From Cenarchaeum sp. (lineage in GTDB: Archaea; Thermoproteota; Nitrososphaeria; Nitrososphaerales; Nitrosopumilaceae): DNA of 64,000 bases. How positions within the stretch are numbered: position 1 is the first letter of the stretch; the number at the start of each line of letters is the position of its first letter. Under the pieces are notes generated by a model. That model was given only the letters and a program-made list of their open reading frames with translations. It made no database searches and was not told the origin of the DNA. The DNA lies in contig CBDESU010000001.1 in assembly GCA_965242695.1 (NCBI GenBank), positions 480,001 through 544,000 on the forward strand, written 5' to 3'. Made by a program: the position numbers and the translations under genes. Of the stretch, positions 48,374-58,443 are shown piece after piece.

Positions 48374-50236
48374 ATGGGCCATTGGAAAGGCAGGTATCCG
48401 TTCACGCGAGAGCTGGCCACGCAGAGCATGCTCGGCGTGTTCGTCCGGGTGGCCCTGATCAAGGCGGCGAGGGGGACCGCCGACGAGATGGCCCAAATTG
48501 GGGCGATCACGCAGAGCGTGACCGCCCTAGAGCAGTTCGTCAGGCTGTTCCTAGAGGTCGACATCGACGAAAAGTCGGGCGGGCGGCAAACCGTCCTAGA
48601 GTCTGTAGAGGGGATTCGAAGGGCCGTCGCCATGAGCGTATCCAGGATGGAGGCGTCCCTCCAGACCTTTCAGAGCCGGGACTCGCTCAAGAGGGTGGCC
48701 AGGCAGCGCGGCATATGGGCGCTGTCCGAGTGCATCGAGGCGCACGGCGAGAGGCTCGGCCACCTGTACAGGGCGCGGAACGTCCTTACGCATACGGTGC
48801 ACGTTGCAAGGTACACCGTGGCCGAGGCGCACGAGATCGTCGAGGCCATAATACTCGCATCCATTGCGGCGCGCCCGCAGTACATGGCCGCATTCCTGCT
48901 GGCCGAGGCGCATGTCATGTCTGCGGTCGGCCGCCACCGGGATGCGCGCAGCGCGTACCGCCGGGTCCTCAGCCTGTGCAGGCGCCTCGTGGCCGCCGGG
49001 GAGCGGGATGCGTGGGTGCAGGTGTGCATGGGGCATGCGCTCGCGCGGCTCGGCCGCGCCGCCGAGGCTAGGGCATGCTACGAGAGGGCCGTAGGCTCCG
49101 ACGACTCGTACGCCCTGGCGTACCTTGAGATGGGCCACCTGGAGATGCGGGCCGGCCGATACGGCGCGGCCCTTGCAATGTACAGAAAGGCCGTCGAGGC
49201 GGACCCCCGCTATGCGCCGGCCCGCCTTGCAAGGGGCCACGCCCTGGGCGTGGTGCGGGACAAGGACCTGGATGCGCTGGCCGTAGAGTGCTACGAGGGC
49301 GCGCTTCTCTTGGACACCGAGGAAATGTCGGCGTACACGGGATGCGGCTTTGCCCTGTCCATGATGGGCCGGTACGCGGAGGCCGCAAGGTGGTACCGCA
49401 GGGCGATCGGGATGGATCCGGACGATGCGGCCGGCCGCACGGGCCTTGCGGGATCGCTTGCCCGGGCGGGGCGCTACGCGGATGCGATTGCAGAGTACCG
49501 CGCGGCAGTCCGCATTGCGGACGAGGATATTGTCGGCGCGGTGGGGCGTGCGGGAACGCGCGCGGGCGGAAGGCGCGGCGGCGGCGCCGCTGCCGGCGGC
49601 ATTGCGCGCAGCCTGGGATCGGAAGCGGCGCACGCTGGGCTCGGCGATGCACTGCTCAAGTTCGGCCGCGCCGGCGAGGCCCTGCCGGCGTACCGCGCCG
49701 CCGTAAAGCTCGACGCCCGCAGCGCAAGGGCCAACCTCGGGCTGGCAAACGCCCTGCTCAAGATCGGCCGCGCCGGCGAGGCCCTGCCGGCGTACCGCGC
49801 CGCCGTAAAGCTCGACGCCCGCGGCGCGCCGGCATGGCTCGGGCTGGCAAACGCCCTGCTCGAGATCGGCCGCGCCGGCGAGGCCCTGCCGGCGTACCGC
49901 GCCGCCGTAAAGCTCGACGCCCACAGCGCAAGGGCCCACCTTGGGCTGGCGGATACACTGCTCCGGATCGGCCGCGCCGGCGAGGCCCTGCCGGCGTACC
50001 GCGCCGCCGTAAAGCTCGACGCCCGCAGCGCGCCGGCATGGCTCGGGCTGGCAAACGCCCTGCTCGAGATCGGCCGCGCCGGCGAGGCCCTGCCGGCGTA
50101 CCGCGCCGCCGTAAAGCTCGACGCCCGCAGCGCGCCGGCATGGCGAGGGCTGGCCAAGGCGCTGGACATGAGCGGCAGGGGCGAAGAGGCCGGCGAGGTC
50201 CGCCGCAGGGCGGCGGAACTTGAGGCCCGCAAATAA
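48374..50236 (+). CDS. HEPN-like domain + TPR array protein (copy B, intact)
   Basis: VTALEQFVR, QTFQS, RNVLTH (48776-48793); divergent TPRs followed by five near-identical 102-bp TPRs. Confidence 0.78.
   Translation: MGHWKGRYPFTRELATQSMLGVFVRVALIKAARGTADEMAQIGAITQSVTALEQFVRLFLEVDIDEKSGGRQTVLESVEGIRRAVAMSVSRMEASLQTFQSRDSLKRVARQRGIWALSECIEAHGERLGHLYRARNVLTHTVHVARYTVAEAHEIVEAIILASIAARPQYMAAFLLAEAHVMSAVGRHRDARSAYRRVLSLCRRLVAAGERDAWVQVCMGHALARLGRAAEARACYERAVGSDDSYALAYLEMGHLEMRAGRYGAALAMYRKAVEADPRYAPARLARGHALGVVRDKDLDALAVECYEGALLLDTEEMSAYTGCGFALSMMGRYAEAARWYRRAIGMDPDDAAGRTGLAGSLARAGRYADAIAEYRAAVRIADEDIVGAVGRAGTRAGGRRGGGAAAGGIARSLGSEAAHAGLGDALLKFGRAGEALPAYRAAVKLDARSARANLGLANALLKIGRAGEALPAYRAAVKLDARGAPAWLGLANALLEIGRAGEALPAYRAAVKLDAHSARAHLGLADTLLRIGRAGEALPAYRAAVKLDARSAPAWLGLANALLEIGRAGEALPAYRAAVKLDARSAPAWRGLAKALDMSGRGEEAGEVRRRAAELEARK
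49660..50160 (+). repeat. 102-bp tandem TPR-coding repeats
   Basis: ggccgcgccggcgaggccctgccggcgtaccgcgccgccgtaaagctcgacgccc repeated five times. Confidence 0.95.
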
Positions 50237-50322
50237 TGCCATACACCGATCCGCCAAGCGGCGAACCGCCCGCCGTGCGTGCAAAAGCGGCGGTTGTAAC
50301 TGTCGGGCGCCCTGACGCAGTC

Positions 50323-50739
50323 CTATGCCAGTTGAAGCCCGTACGCGCGAATCAGGTCCCTCGGGATGCCGACGCGACTGTTGTAGTCGATGCGCTCGTT
50401 TATGCACTCATTTATGCGCTCGTTTGTACTCTCCCTGATCCTGGCATTGCGGTCTCTGATGATCTCCTCCGCCATCTTCCTGTCCATCCTTGCCGCCACG
50501 TCCGGCTCTGCGTTCTCTTGGTACGCGGCGAGCACGCGGTCGATCTCGGCCGGGGTTACCACGTCCAGGCTGCTGCGCTCCCGCACGGCGCCGTCCTGCG
50601 CCTGCCGGGAGGCCATCTGCCGCTGCGCCCGGCCGCTGCGCCTCTGCCCAGCGGACGACGCCCCTGCCGCCGCGGCAGTCTGCCTTGCGGCATTCCTGCG
50701 GCGGCCCGACCTGGATTGCCTCTGCCCCGCCATCGCCAT
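50323..50739 (-). CDS. Small hypothetical protein (partner B), paralog of A1/A2
   Basis: ESTNERINECINERIDYNSRVGIPRDLIRAYGL; GTTATATG box upstream. Confidence 0.7.
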   Translation of the reverse strand: MAMAGQRQSRSGRRRNAARQTAAAAGASSAGQRRSGRAQRQMASRQAQDGAVRERSSLDVVTPAEIDRVLAAYQENAEPDVAARMDRKMAEEIIRDRNARIRESTNERINECINERIDYNSRVGIPRDLIRAYGLQLA

Positions 50740-51132
50740 GCCGCGCCGCACCTGCGCTCACATATAACCATTCGCCGATTTCCTTGATTCGCCGACGGCT
50801 GTCCCTCGCCGACCAGGTTGCCTAGGCGCGAGCAGACGCATCCCGATTTTGAGGGTGCTGGCGGAACACGACGGTTGCCATGCATGGTAGGGCGCGGCGC
50901 ACTCGCAGGCCGGGCCGGCTGAGCCGCCGCCGGGGCGCATCCGGCCGCCGCCGGCGCGCTCCCTGCCGCAGCATCGACGCCCGCGGCGCGCCGGCATGGC
51001 CGCGCGCCTGCCGAGGCGTCGGCAGTGCGCGGCGGGGGCGAAGGTGCCGGCGGGGCAGGCCGCGCCCCGCGAGGGCATGCCGCCCTCGCCGCGGGCCGCC
51101 GGACGGTCGGGGCCCTCCGGATCGGCGCGTCC

Positions 51133-51963
51133 CTAGGGCGGGGCGATCTCGGGCCGAAACCCGCCGATCAGCCCGCGCTCGGATGCCATCTCGAACAGGG
51201 CGCGGATGGCCCGCTCGCCGCGCTCGCCCATGTCGACGGTCGCATCGTTGACGTACATGCCGACGAACCTGTCGATCAGGGAGCGCTCCCTGCCGCGGGC
51301 GTACCGCATGGCGTACTCGACGGCCTCTTCCCTGTGATCCAGGCCGTACCGTATCGAGTCCCTCAGGTGCGCGTCGAACTCGCGCACCGCGTCGGCGCCG
51401 AGCGACGACCTCATGGCGTTGACCCCGAGGGGCACCGGCAGGCCGCCCGTGGCCTCGTCCCACCACCTGCCGACGTCGGCGATCTTTGCGTTGCCCTCCT
51501 CGGCGTACGACAGCTGCGCCTCGTGTATTACGAGGCCGGCGCCGGCGCGGCCGTCCCGCACGGCAGCCGGTATGTCGCTGAACCTCATGGCCTCGTGCCT
51601 GAAGGGGCCCGCCATGAGCCGCAGCAGCAGGAACGCCGACGTGAGCTCGCCCGGGACCGCCACCGTGCCGCGCAGGGCCTCCTCGATGCCCATCGGCCGC
51701 GCCGCGGTCAGGATGGGCCCGTACCCGAGCCCAAAGCTGCCGCCGCTGCGCAGTATCGTGTACCCCTCCATGCGCGAGCATGCGTGGACGGACGCGGCCG
51801 TCACGTCCGGCGCCGTCCCGGCGGCCGCCCGCCCGTTCAGCTCCTCGATGTCGGCGACCTCGTGCTCTACGGCGAACCCGCGGGTCGGTATCTTTTCCTC
51901 TAGCATTCCGTAGAACATGAACGCGTCGTCGGCGTCGGGTGTGTGCCCGACGGTGATCTTCAT
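51133..51963 (-). CDS. mqnD: MqnD-family futalosine-pathway menaquinone biosynthesis protein
   Basis: GHTPDADDAFMFY, DIEELN, GYGP, IHE, LPVPLG, MYVND. Confidence 0.88.
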   Translation of the reverse strand: MKITVGHTPDADDAFMFYGMLEEKIPTRGFAVEHEVADIEELNGRAAAGTAPDVTAASVHACSRMEGYTILRSGGSFGLGYGPILTAARPMGIEEALRGTVAVPGELTSAFLLLRLMAGPFRHEAMRFSDIPAAVRDGRAGAGLVIHEAQLSYAEEGNAKIADVGRWWDEATGGLPVPLGVNAMRSSLGADAVREFDAHLRDSIRYGLDHREEAVEYAMRYARGRERSLIDRFVGMYVNDATVDMGERGERAIRALFEMASERGLIGGFRPEIAPP

Positions 51964-52490
51964 ACGGGCCGCGCGCCGCCCAGTTGCTATAAATAGCAAG
52001 CAGGGGAGTGCGATCGCGGAGCATGCGATCCCGCCCGGCAGGGGCCGCGGATGGCGGAACAGGCCGCGGCCCCAGGCCCCTGCGCGCAGCGGCCGCGCGG
52101 CGGGATGCTTTCATGCGCGGCGTGCGGACCGTGCCAGGGCCGGCGAGCCGGCAGTGCCCGAAGATGGCGCCTGCCGTCCTGGCGCAGCGGCCGCCCCGCC
52201 GTCCTGGGCCGCCTGCATTCGCACCCCGCACTGCCGGCGCGCGCATGCCCCCTGCGCCGCGAAGGCCCGCGGCCGCCGCAAGGTGCGCATCCCCGAGTCC
52301 GGCCCGCGCGCCGTCCGGCCGCCTGTCCTTTTTTGCCCGTGGAAGCGCGGCCGCCGCCGGGCCGCCGCCGGGCCGCTCGGCCGCCCGTGCATCGATCCCT
52401 TCGCATCCGCCCCTTGCGCGCAGGCCCTCCCAAACTCCGGTTATATTGGGCCGCCGGGCCCAAACGCCCGTGCCCACCAGCCTCGACATT

Positions 52491-53405
52491 ATGGAGTCCG
52501 ATATCGCGCGCCAGCCTCGCGCCGTCTCCGCATTCGAGCCGCCGCAGCCGCTCGGCGCCGAAATGCAGCGCCGCGCCGTGTTCTGCGGCAGCGGCGACTC
52601 GCTGGCCGCCTGCATGCTGGCCGAGGCGTTCTCGCGGCACGGGGCGAGGGCGGCCGACCCTCTCGACCTGCTAAAGTTTCCCCGCACGGCTTCCGGCTGC
52701 GACCTGTACGTCGTGTCCGTGTCGGGGCGCACCGTCTCGAACGTCCGGGCCGCAAGGGAGGCGGCCGCAAGGGACGGGTGCACCGCGACGGCCATCACGT
52801 CGAGCGCGGGCAGCATGCTCGCCGGCGCCTGCGGGCGGACGATCGGGCTACAGATGGGCAACACGGATGCCGCGACGGCGGGGACGATCAGCTTTGTCGA
52901 TGCGGCCCTCACGTGCATATCACTCGTCGGGGGGCACGAGGAGTGCGACGCGCCGGCGCTCTTCTCCGAGGCCGAGAAGGCCGCGGCGCGGTTTCCGGCG
53001 CTCGGGGGCCGCGGCGCCGTCACGTTCCTGGGCAACCGCATGACATACCCCCTTGCCATGTACGCGGCCGCAAAGATGGCCGAGGTCCTCGGCGCCGATG
53101 CGCGGTACGAGAGGATCGAGCAGTTCTCGCACATGGGGCTGTTCTCGTCAAGGCCCGGCGACACTGCCGTCATACTCGAGGACGGCGGGCATGCCGACCT
53201 CTTGGCGTCGAGCCTAGAGGCTGCCGGCCTGCGCGCCGTGCAGGCCGGCGGCGGGGCGCGGGGCGGCCCCCTGGCCCGCACCCTGTTCCTGGCGTTCCTT
53301 GCACAGATGGTCCCGCTGCGCATGGCCAGGGAGGGGGGCCGGACAGAGTGCCACTTTCTTGCCGACGGCGCGCAGCTCGGCGCGAGCAACCGGATGATCT
53401 ACTAG
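52491..53405 (+). CDS. SIS-domain phosphosugar isomerase
   Basis: FCGSGDS, SVSGRT, EQFSHM. Confidence 0.82.
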   Translation: MESDIARQPRAVSAFEPPQPLGAEMQRRAVFCGSGDSLAACMLAEAFSRHGARAADPLDLLKFPRTASGCDLYVVSVSGRTVSNVRAAREAAARDGCTATAITSSAGSMLAGACGRTIGLQMGNTDAATAGTISFVDAALTCISLVGGHEECDAPALFSEAEKAAARFPALGGRGAVTFLGNRMTYPLAMYAAAKMAEVLGADARYERIEQFSHMGLFSSRPGDTAVILEDGGHADLLASSLEAAGLRAVQAGGGARGGPLARTLFLAFLAQMVPLRMAREGGRTECHFLADGAQLGASNRMIY

Positions 53406-53599
53406 GCGGGGGAGGCCGCGGGGACCGGCGGGCGCGGCCGGCATCCGGGCGGCGCCCTAGGCCCAGCCTGCGCGCCCGGCGGCCGCGGCGCCTACCCGCC
53501 CGCCGCCGGCGCGTCGCGCGCGCCTGCGGCGCCCTCCAACGCAGGCCGGCCGCCGGGAGGGGCCCGCATGCCGCATGCGCCGGATCCGCCCTCTATACG

Positions 53600-53608
53600 T
53601 TTAATATC
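53600..53608 (+). promoter_or_regulatory. TATA box of the EF-2 gene (representative of many in the window)
   Basis: TTTAATAT ~22 nt before GTG 53629 in an otherwise GC-rich spacer. Confidence 0.65.
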
Positions 53609-53628
53609 CGAGATCCGGGCCGCCGGCC

Positions 53629-55821
53629 GTGGCAAAGTTCAAGTCGACCGACCAGGTCATGAAGATCATAAAGGACAAGGAGCACATCCGCAACTTTGGG
53701 GTCATTGCGCACGTGGACCACGGCAAGACCACGATGAGCGACAGCCTCCTTGCGCACTCGGGGATCATCGCCCCGTCGGCCGCCGGCTCTGCGCTCGCCA
53801 TGGACTTTGACAAGGAGGAGCAGGAGAGGGGGATCACCATCTACCAGGCCAACGTCACGCTCTACTACACGCAAAAGGACAGCGAGTACGTCATCAACAT
53901 GATCGACACGCCCGGCCACGTCGACTTCAGCGGCAGGGTCATTCGCAGCCTTCGGGCCATCGACGGGGCCGTCGTCGTCTGCGACGCCGTAGAGGGGATC
54001 ATGACGCAGACCGAGACCGTGACCCGGATGGCCCTCGAGGAGCGCGTCCGGCCCGTCCTGTTCATCAACAAGGTCGACCGGCTCATCAAGGAGCTGCGCC
54101 TCACGCCCGAAAAGATGCAGCAGACGCTCGCGTCCGTGGTCGCCAACTTCAACCAGCTCCTCGACACGTACGCCGAGCCCGAGTACAGGGAAAAGTGGAA
54201 GGTGTCCATACAGGAGGCGAGCGTCACGTTCGGCTCGGCAAAGGACAGGTGGGCCATAAACGTCGACATGATGAAGGAAAAGGGGATCACGTTCAAGGAC
54301 GTCATCGACGCGTACGGAAGCGGCGGCGTCGACGCCCTCGTCGAGAGGGCGCCGCTCGCCGACGCCGTCCTCGGCATGGTCGTAAAGCACCACCCGCCCC
54401 CGCACGAGGCGCAAAAGTACCGCATACCGAAGATATGGCACGGCGACCTCGACTCGGACATCGGAAAGGCGCTGCTGTCGTGCTCGGACGACGGGCCGGC
54501 CATCATGATGGTCGTCAACATGGTGCTCGACAAGGCCGCGGGGCCCGTCGCAATCGGGCGCCTCTTCTCGGGGACCGTATCCGACGGGCAGACGATCAAC
54601 ATAATCGACGCGCGCCGCGAGGGGCGCATCCAGTCGGTCAACTTCTTCATGGGCAACCAGCGCGAGCAGATCGGCAGCCTCGGCGCCGGCAACATCCCGG
54701 CCCTGATGGGCCTGACCGAGTCGAGGGCCGGCAACACGCTCTCGTCCGTAAAGGGGATAAAGGTATTCGAGGGCGTCAGCTACATCTCCGAGCCCGTCGT
54801 GCAGGTCGCCGTCGAGCCGAAGCACCCAAAGGACCTCCCAAAGCTCGTCGAGGTGCTAAAGCAGCTGACGATCGAGGACCCCAACCTGGTCGTAAAGATC
54901 GACGAGGAGAGCGGCGAGACCATTGTGGCCGGAATGGGCGTGCTGCACCTGGACGTGGCCACGCACCGCATACAGGACGCAAAGGTCGACATCGTCACGT
55001 CCGAGCCGCTCATAAACTACCGCGAGACTGTGAGGGGATCGTGCAATGCGATAATGTCCAAGTCGCCCAACCGCCACAACAAGATATTCATGAGGGTCGA
55101 GCCGCTCGAGCCTGCCATCGGCGACATGCTCAGGTCCGGCCAGATCAGCGAGATGAAGGACAAGAAGGAGGTCTCCGACCTGCTCAAGGCGCAGGGCTGG
55201 GACACGGACACCGTAAAGCGCGTGATGAAGCTCGACGCGCGCGGCAACGTCCTGATCAACGGGACAAAGGGGGTGCAGTTCGTGCAGGAGTCGACGGACT
55301 CTATAAACTCGGGCTTTGACGACGTCATGAAGGAGGGGCCGCTGTGCCGCGAGCAGATGCGCGACTGCAAGTTTACGTTTACGCACTTTGTGCCGCACGA
55401 GGACACGGCGCACAGGGGCCTCTCGCAGCTCGGCCCCGCCTCGCGCAGGGCCTGCATGGGATCGCTGCTGACGGCCGGCACGTCGCTGCTCGAGCCCATA
55501 CTCGCCATCGAGGTGAGGGTGCCGACCGAGCTCGTCGGCAGCGTGGCGACCGTGCTGTCGGGCAAGCGCGGCCGCGTCATCGACATGTCGCAAAAGGGGG
55601 CGATCAGCATCGTGACGGGCGAGATACCGGCGTCCGAGACGTTTACGCTCTCCGAGGAGATGAGGGGGCAGACGGCCGGCAAGGCCATGTGGAACTCTCA
55701 CTTCAAGATGTGGGCCGAGGTGCCAAAGTCCCGGCTCGCCGCCGCCGTCGCCGACATCCGCAAGCGCAAGGGCCTCGCGCAGGACTCTCCCGCGGCCGGC
55801 GACTTTATCGACAAGGAGTAG
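53629..55821 (+). CDS. fusA: Elongation factor EF-2
   Basis: AHVDHGKTT, RGITI, DTPGHVDF, NKVD, HEDTAHRG diphthamide loop. Confidence 0.98.
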   Translation: MAKFKSTDQVMKIIKDKEHIRNFGVIAHVDHGKTTMSDSLLAHSGIIAPSAAGSALAMDFDKEEQERGITIYQANVTLYYTQKDSEYVINMIDTPGHVDFSGRVIRSLRAIDGAVVVCDAVEGIMTQTETVTRMALEERVRPVLFINKVDRLIKELRLTPEKMQQTLASVVANFNQLLDTYAEPEYREKWKVSIQEASVTFGSAKDRWAINVDMMKEKGITFKDVIDAYGSGGVDALVERAPLADAVLGMVVKHHPPPHEAQKYRIPKIWHGDLDSDIGKALLSCSDDGPAIMMVVNMVLDKAAGPVAIGRLFSGTVSDGQTINIIDARREGRIQSVNFFMGNQREQIGSLGAGNIPALMGLTESRAGNTLSSVKGIKVFEGVSYISEPVVQVAVEPKHPKDLPKLVEVLKQLTIEDPNLVVKIDEESGETIVAGMGVLHLDVATHRIQDAKVDIVTSEPLINYRETVRGSCNAIMSKSPNRHNKIFMRVEPLEPAIGDMLRSGQISEMKDKKEVSDLLKAQGWDTDTVKRVMKLDARGNVLINGTKGVQFVQESTDSINSGFDDVMKEGPLCREQMRDCKFTFTHFVPHEDTAHRGLSQLGPASRRACMGSLLTAGTSLLEPILAIEVRVPTELVGSVATVLSGKRGRVIDMSQKGAISIVTGEIPASETFTLSEEMRGQTAGKAMWNSHFKMWAEVPKSRLAAAVADIRKRKGLAQDSPAAGDFIDKE

Positions 55822-55865
55822 CGGCGGCCGGCATCGCGCGCCATCGCCGGCCCGCACGCGGGATG

Positions 55866-56150
55866 CTACCTGCGCCGGCGGCGCCGGCTGCGGCTCCCGA
55901 ACCCAAGCCCGAACCCGAGCCCCCTGCCGCCGAGCTTTTCCTTGTTGAACAGGACAAAGCTGGCCATGAAGACGGCGAGCATCGCGATTCCGGTGACGTA
56001 CGCCATGCTAAAGCCGTCGCCGCTGCCGCCGACGGGGGGGACGGCATCATCGCCGCCCCCTCCGCCGTACCCGCCCTCGCTGTAGTAGATGGCAAACGTG
56101 GCCACGAGCAGCGCGACGCCGAGGAACGTGAGCAGGCGGTGGAGCTCCAT
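55866..56150 (-). CDS. Small two-TM membrane protein
   Basis: Two hydrophobic helices and a basic tail. Confidence 0.65.
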   Translation of the reverse strand: MELHRLLTFLGVALLVATFAIYYSEGGYGGGGGDDAVPPVGGSGDGFSMAYVTGIAMLAVFMASFVLFNKEKLGGRGLGFGLGFGSRSRRRRRR

Positions 56151-56179
56151 CGCGCCGCCCGCCGCGGGCGCGTTTACTA

Positions 56180-56713
56180 GTGTATCGGGGCCGGCGGCAG
56201 CGGCGGGATCTGCCGGCCGATGACCTGTTATATTGCAGGCTGCCGGCGCCGCCGCGCTTGGCGGGCCACGGCCGGACGGGGACGGGCGCGGCCGATCCGG
56301 CCGCATCGGATGCCGAGCGGCGGGGCATGCGGGCCCTGGTCGAGGGGATCATGGACGGGGGGCCGCAGGTGCGCCTTGCCGCCGCGGTCGGGCTCGACGG
56401 CCGCATCATGTCCGGCATAGTCAGGAGCCGCGGCGTTCCCCTCGGGCTGCGGCGCGAGGCCGAAAAGCTCTGCCAGCGGGCCGCAAGGCACCGCCGGATG
56501 CGCGAAGAGTTCAACGGGACGCTCGGCGGGGTCTCTTACGTGCACGTCGAGCGCGAGTGCGCCACGCAGCTTGCCGTGTACCACCCCTCATTCACGGTGC
56601 TCCTTTTGATGGAGCCAGAGGCGCCGATCGGCGCAAAGGCCGCCGTGATCGAGGACGTCCGCAGGATGATGGCCGAGGCCGCGCCGGACATCGCCGGCGC
56701 GCAGATCCGCTAG
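56180..56713 (+). CDS. Roadblock/DUF6659-like protein
   Basis: VRLAAAVGLDGRIMSG...EFNGTLGGVSYVHVERE pattern; true start probably downstream. Confidence 0.6.
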   Translation: MYRGRRQRRDLPADDLLYCRLPAPPRLAGHGRTGTGAADPAASDAERRGMRALVEGIMDGGPQVRLAAAVGLDGRIMSGIVRSRGVPLGLRREAEKLCQRAARHRRMREEFNGTLGGVSYVHVERECATQLAVYHPSFTVLLLMEPEAPIGAKAAVIEDVRRMMAEAAPDIAGAQIR

Positions 56714-57579
56714 CGCGCCGCGCAGAGGCCGGCGCCGGCGCCGCGCAGCCGCCGGGCGAGCAGGAACGGGGTGGCAAGAAGGACGGGTATGGTGACGGCT
56801 ATGAGCAGCGTCTGCAGCTGGACGAGGGCCGCGCCGAGCGCGATCCCGCCGGCAGTGCCGAGAAACGCCGACAGGAACGTGCCGACGCACGTGGGGCACC
56901 CGACGAACAGCCCGGCGGCCGCGCCGATCCCGCCGGCTCCGCGGCTCTTCCGCGAGAGCGAGTACGCGCTTGCCGCGACGGCCGCGTTGAGCCCGACCAG
57001 GTACGACACGGCGGCCTGGAGGACGGCGTTGAGCGGGACGATCTGCAGGCCCGTATTGTCCGTGAGGTACACCAGGATCCTCGGCATGTAGCCCGGCGCG
57101 TCGCAGCACGGCGATATCTCGGCGGACGGCACGTCGACGCCGTAGTGGTACGAAAAGCTCAGGGACGGCTGGTACACGAGCGCGCCGGACGCGAGCGAAA
57201 AGAACGCGCCGTACGAGACGAACGTGGCGGCGAATATGCGGCGCGACCTCTGGTTCCACGTGGCGGCGGCGATGGCGCGCGCAAGGCCGGCGATGCCGGC
57301 GGCGCCGGCCGGATCGGATGCTTCCGCGCCGGCCGCAAGCCTGCGGTGGAGCAGGTACAGCCCGTACGCGACGGCCGCAAGGGACGCGGCCATTGCAACG
57401 TAGAAGCCGGCCGCGATGCGGAGCAGCCCGTCGACGGCGCCCGGCGTGACGAGCTCGGGGCTCTGGTACCTGCCGTACAGCGCGAACAGCGCCGCCATGG
57501 CGGCAAAGCCGAGGGCGATGAGGATCCTGCCGTCGCCCCTGGCCGCCCCCGTGCCGCCCTGGCCGCCCCCGTCCCGCAC
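56710..57579 (-). CDS. Multi-TM membrane protein with CC and GCPTC motifs
   Basis: Several TM helices; PCCDAPG, FVGCPTC. Confidence 0.75.
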   Translation of the reverse strand: MRDGGGQGGTGAARGDGRILIALGFAAMAALFALYGRYQSPELVTPGAVDGLLRIAAGFYVAMAASLAAVAYGLYLLHRRLAAGAEASDPAGAAGIAGLARAIAAATWNQRSRRIFAATFVSYGAFFSLASGALVYQPSLSFSYHYGVDVPSAEISPCCDAPGYMPRILVYLTDNTGLQIVPLNAVLQAAVSYLVGLNAAVAASAYSLSRKSRGAGGIGAAAGLFVGCPTCVGTFLSAFLGTAGGIALGAALVQLQTLLIAVTIPVLLATPFLLARRLRGAGAGLCAAR

Positions 57580-57819
57580 GCGGGGAGCGGCCGCGCGGCG
57601 AATTAAATCTGTAAAGCCGCGACAGTGCGGGGCGAGGGACGGGCGGAAGGGGGCGCAAATGGGCGCGCCGGCGCGCAGCCCGGCACGATTGAAGGGGGGA
57701 GGGGAGGCGCGCCGGCGGCAGGCTGGCTGCACACTGGCCCGCATGTCGCACTTGTGTAGCCTGCCAAGGCCCCGTCCGGGATCGCGCGGGGAGCGACGCC
57801 TGGACTGCGGGGCACAGGA

Positions 57820-58443
57820 TCACTGGCCGTCCCACTTGGCCAGCAGGTCGATAAGGGGATCGCCCGCCAGCTGGATCTTTATGCGTCCAAACATGTCGTC
57901 GTTGCCGGCAATGTGGGCAAATGCCGCGTCTGTCGTGCAGATTGCCTTTGCGCCTGCGCCTAGGGCCAATGCAAAGTGCTCCAAGTCGTACGGCCCGACT
58001 CCGCTGTACCGGCACCTTCGGCCTGGGATGCCGGGCGCAGTGCGGCCTGCATGCTCGAGCAGTTTTGCGTACATGAGGGAGAGGCTGAATCGCCTCTTGG
58101 GCCTTATGATCTGCAGTGACCGTCGCCGTTCCATGTCGCGCACGTCGTTGAGCAAGCTTGTCACCGATCCGTGCACTCTCCTGTCTATGAACTTCCGCTC
58201 CCCGTCGCTCCCCGACCGGTACTTGTACGACTCCGTCGACCTCTTGCGGGTGACGTCAACGGCTTCCATGATGGCCAGTAGGGACGTGACTCCCTGGCAT
58301 CCGCTGCGCTCCACCGCATCAAGAATTCGAACCACGTCGCCGTGGTGCATGTCGACAGGGCCCCTGCCCACCGCCACGATTATGCCGCTGTCGTAGTATA
58401 CGCGCGGCCTATTCCTGGCCAGTGCCTTCGTCGATCCTGACAA
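57820..58443 (-). CDS. PIN-domain (VapC-like) nuclease
   Basis: VYYDSGII, TSLLAIMEA, DLEHFALA, TTDAAF. Confidence 0.82.
   Translation of the reverse strand: MSGSTKALARNRPRVYYDSGIIVAVGRGPVDMHHGDVVRILDAVERSGCQGVTSLLAIMEAVDVTRKRSTESYKYRSGSDGERKFIDRRVHGSVTSLLNDVRDMERRRSLQIIRPKRRFSLSLMYAKLLEHAGRTAPGIPGRRCRYSGVGPYDLEHFALALGAGAKAICTTDAAFAHIAGNDDMFGRIKIQLAGDPLIDLLAKWDGQ

Noticed and set aside
50822-53389. 855-aa minus-strand ORF and many other long Arg/Ala/Pro-rich ORFs
   Set aside because: Shadow frames of GC-rich genes with no motifs; they overlap well-supported CDSs
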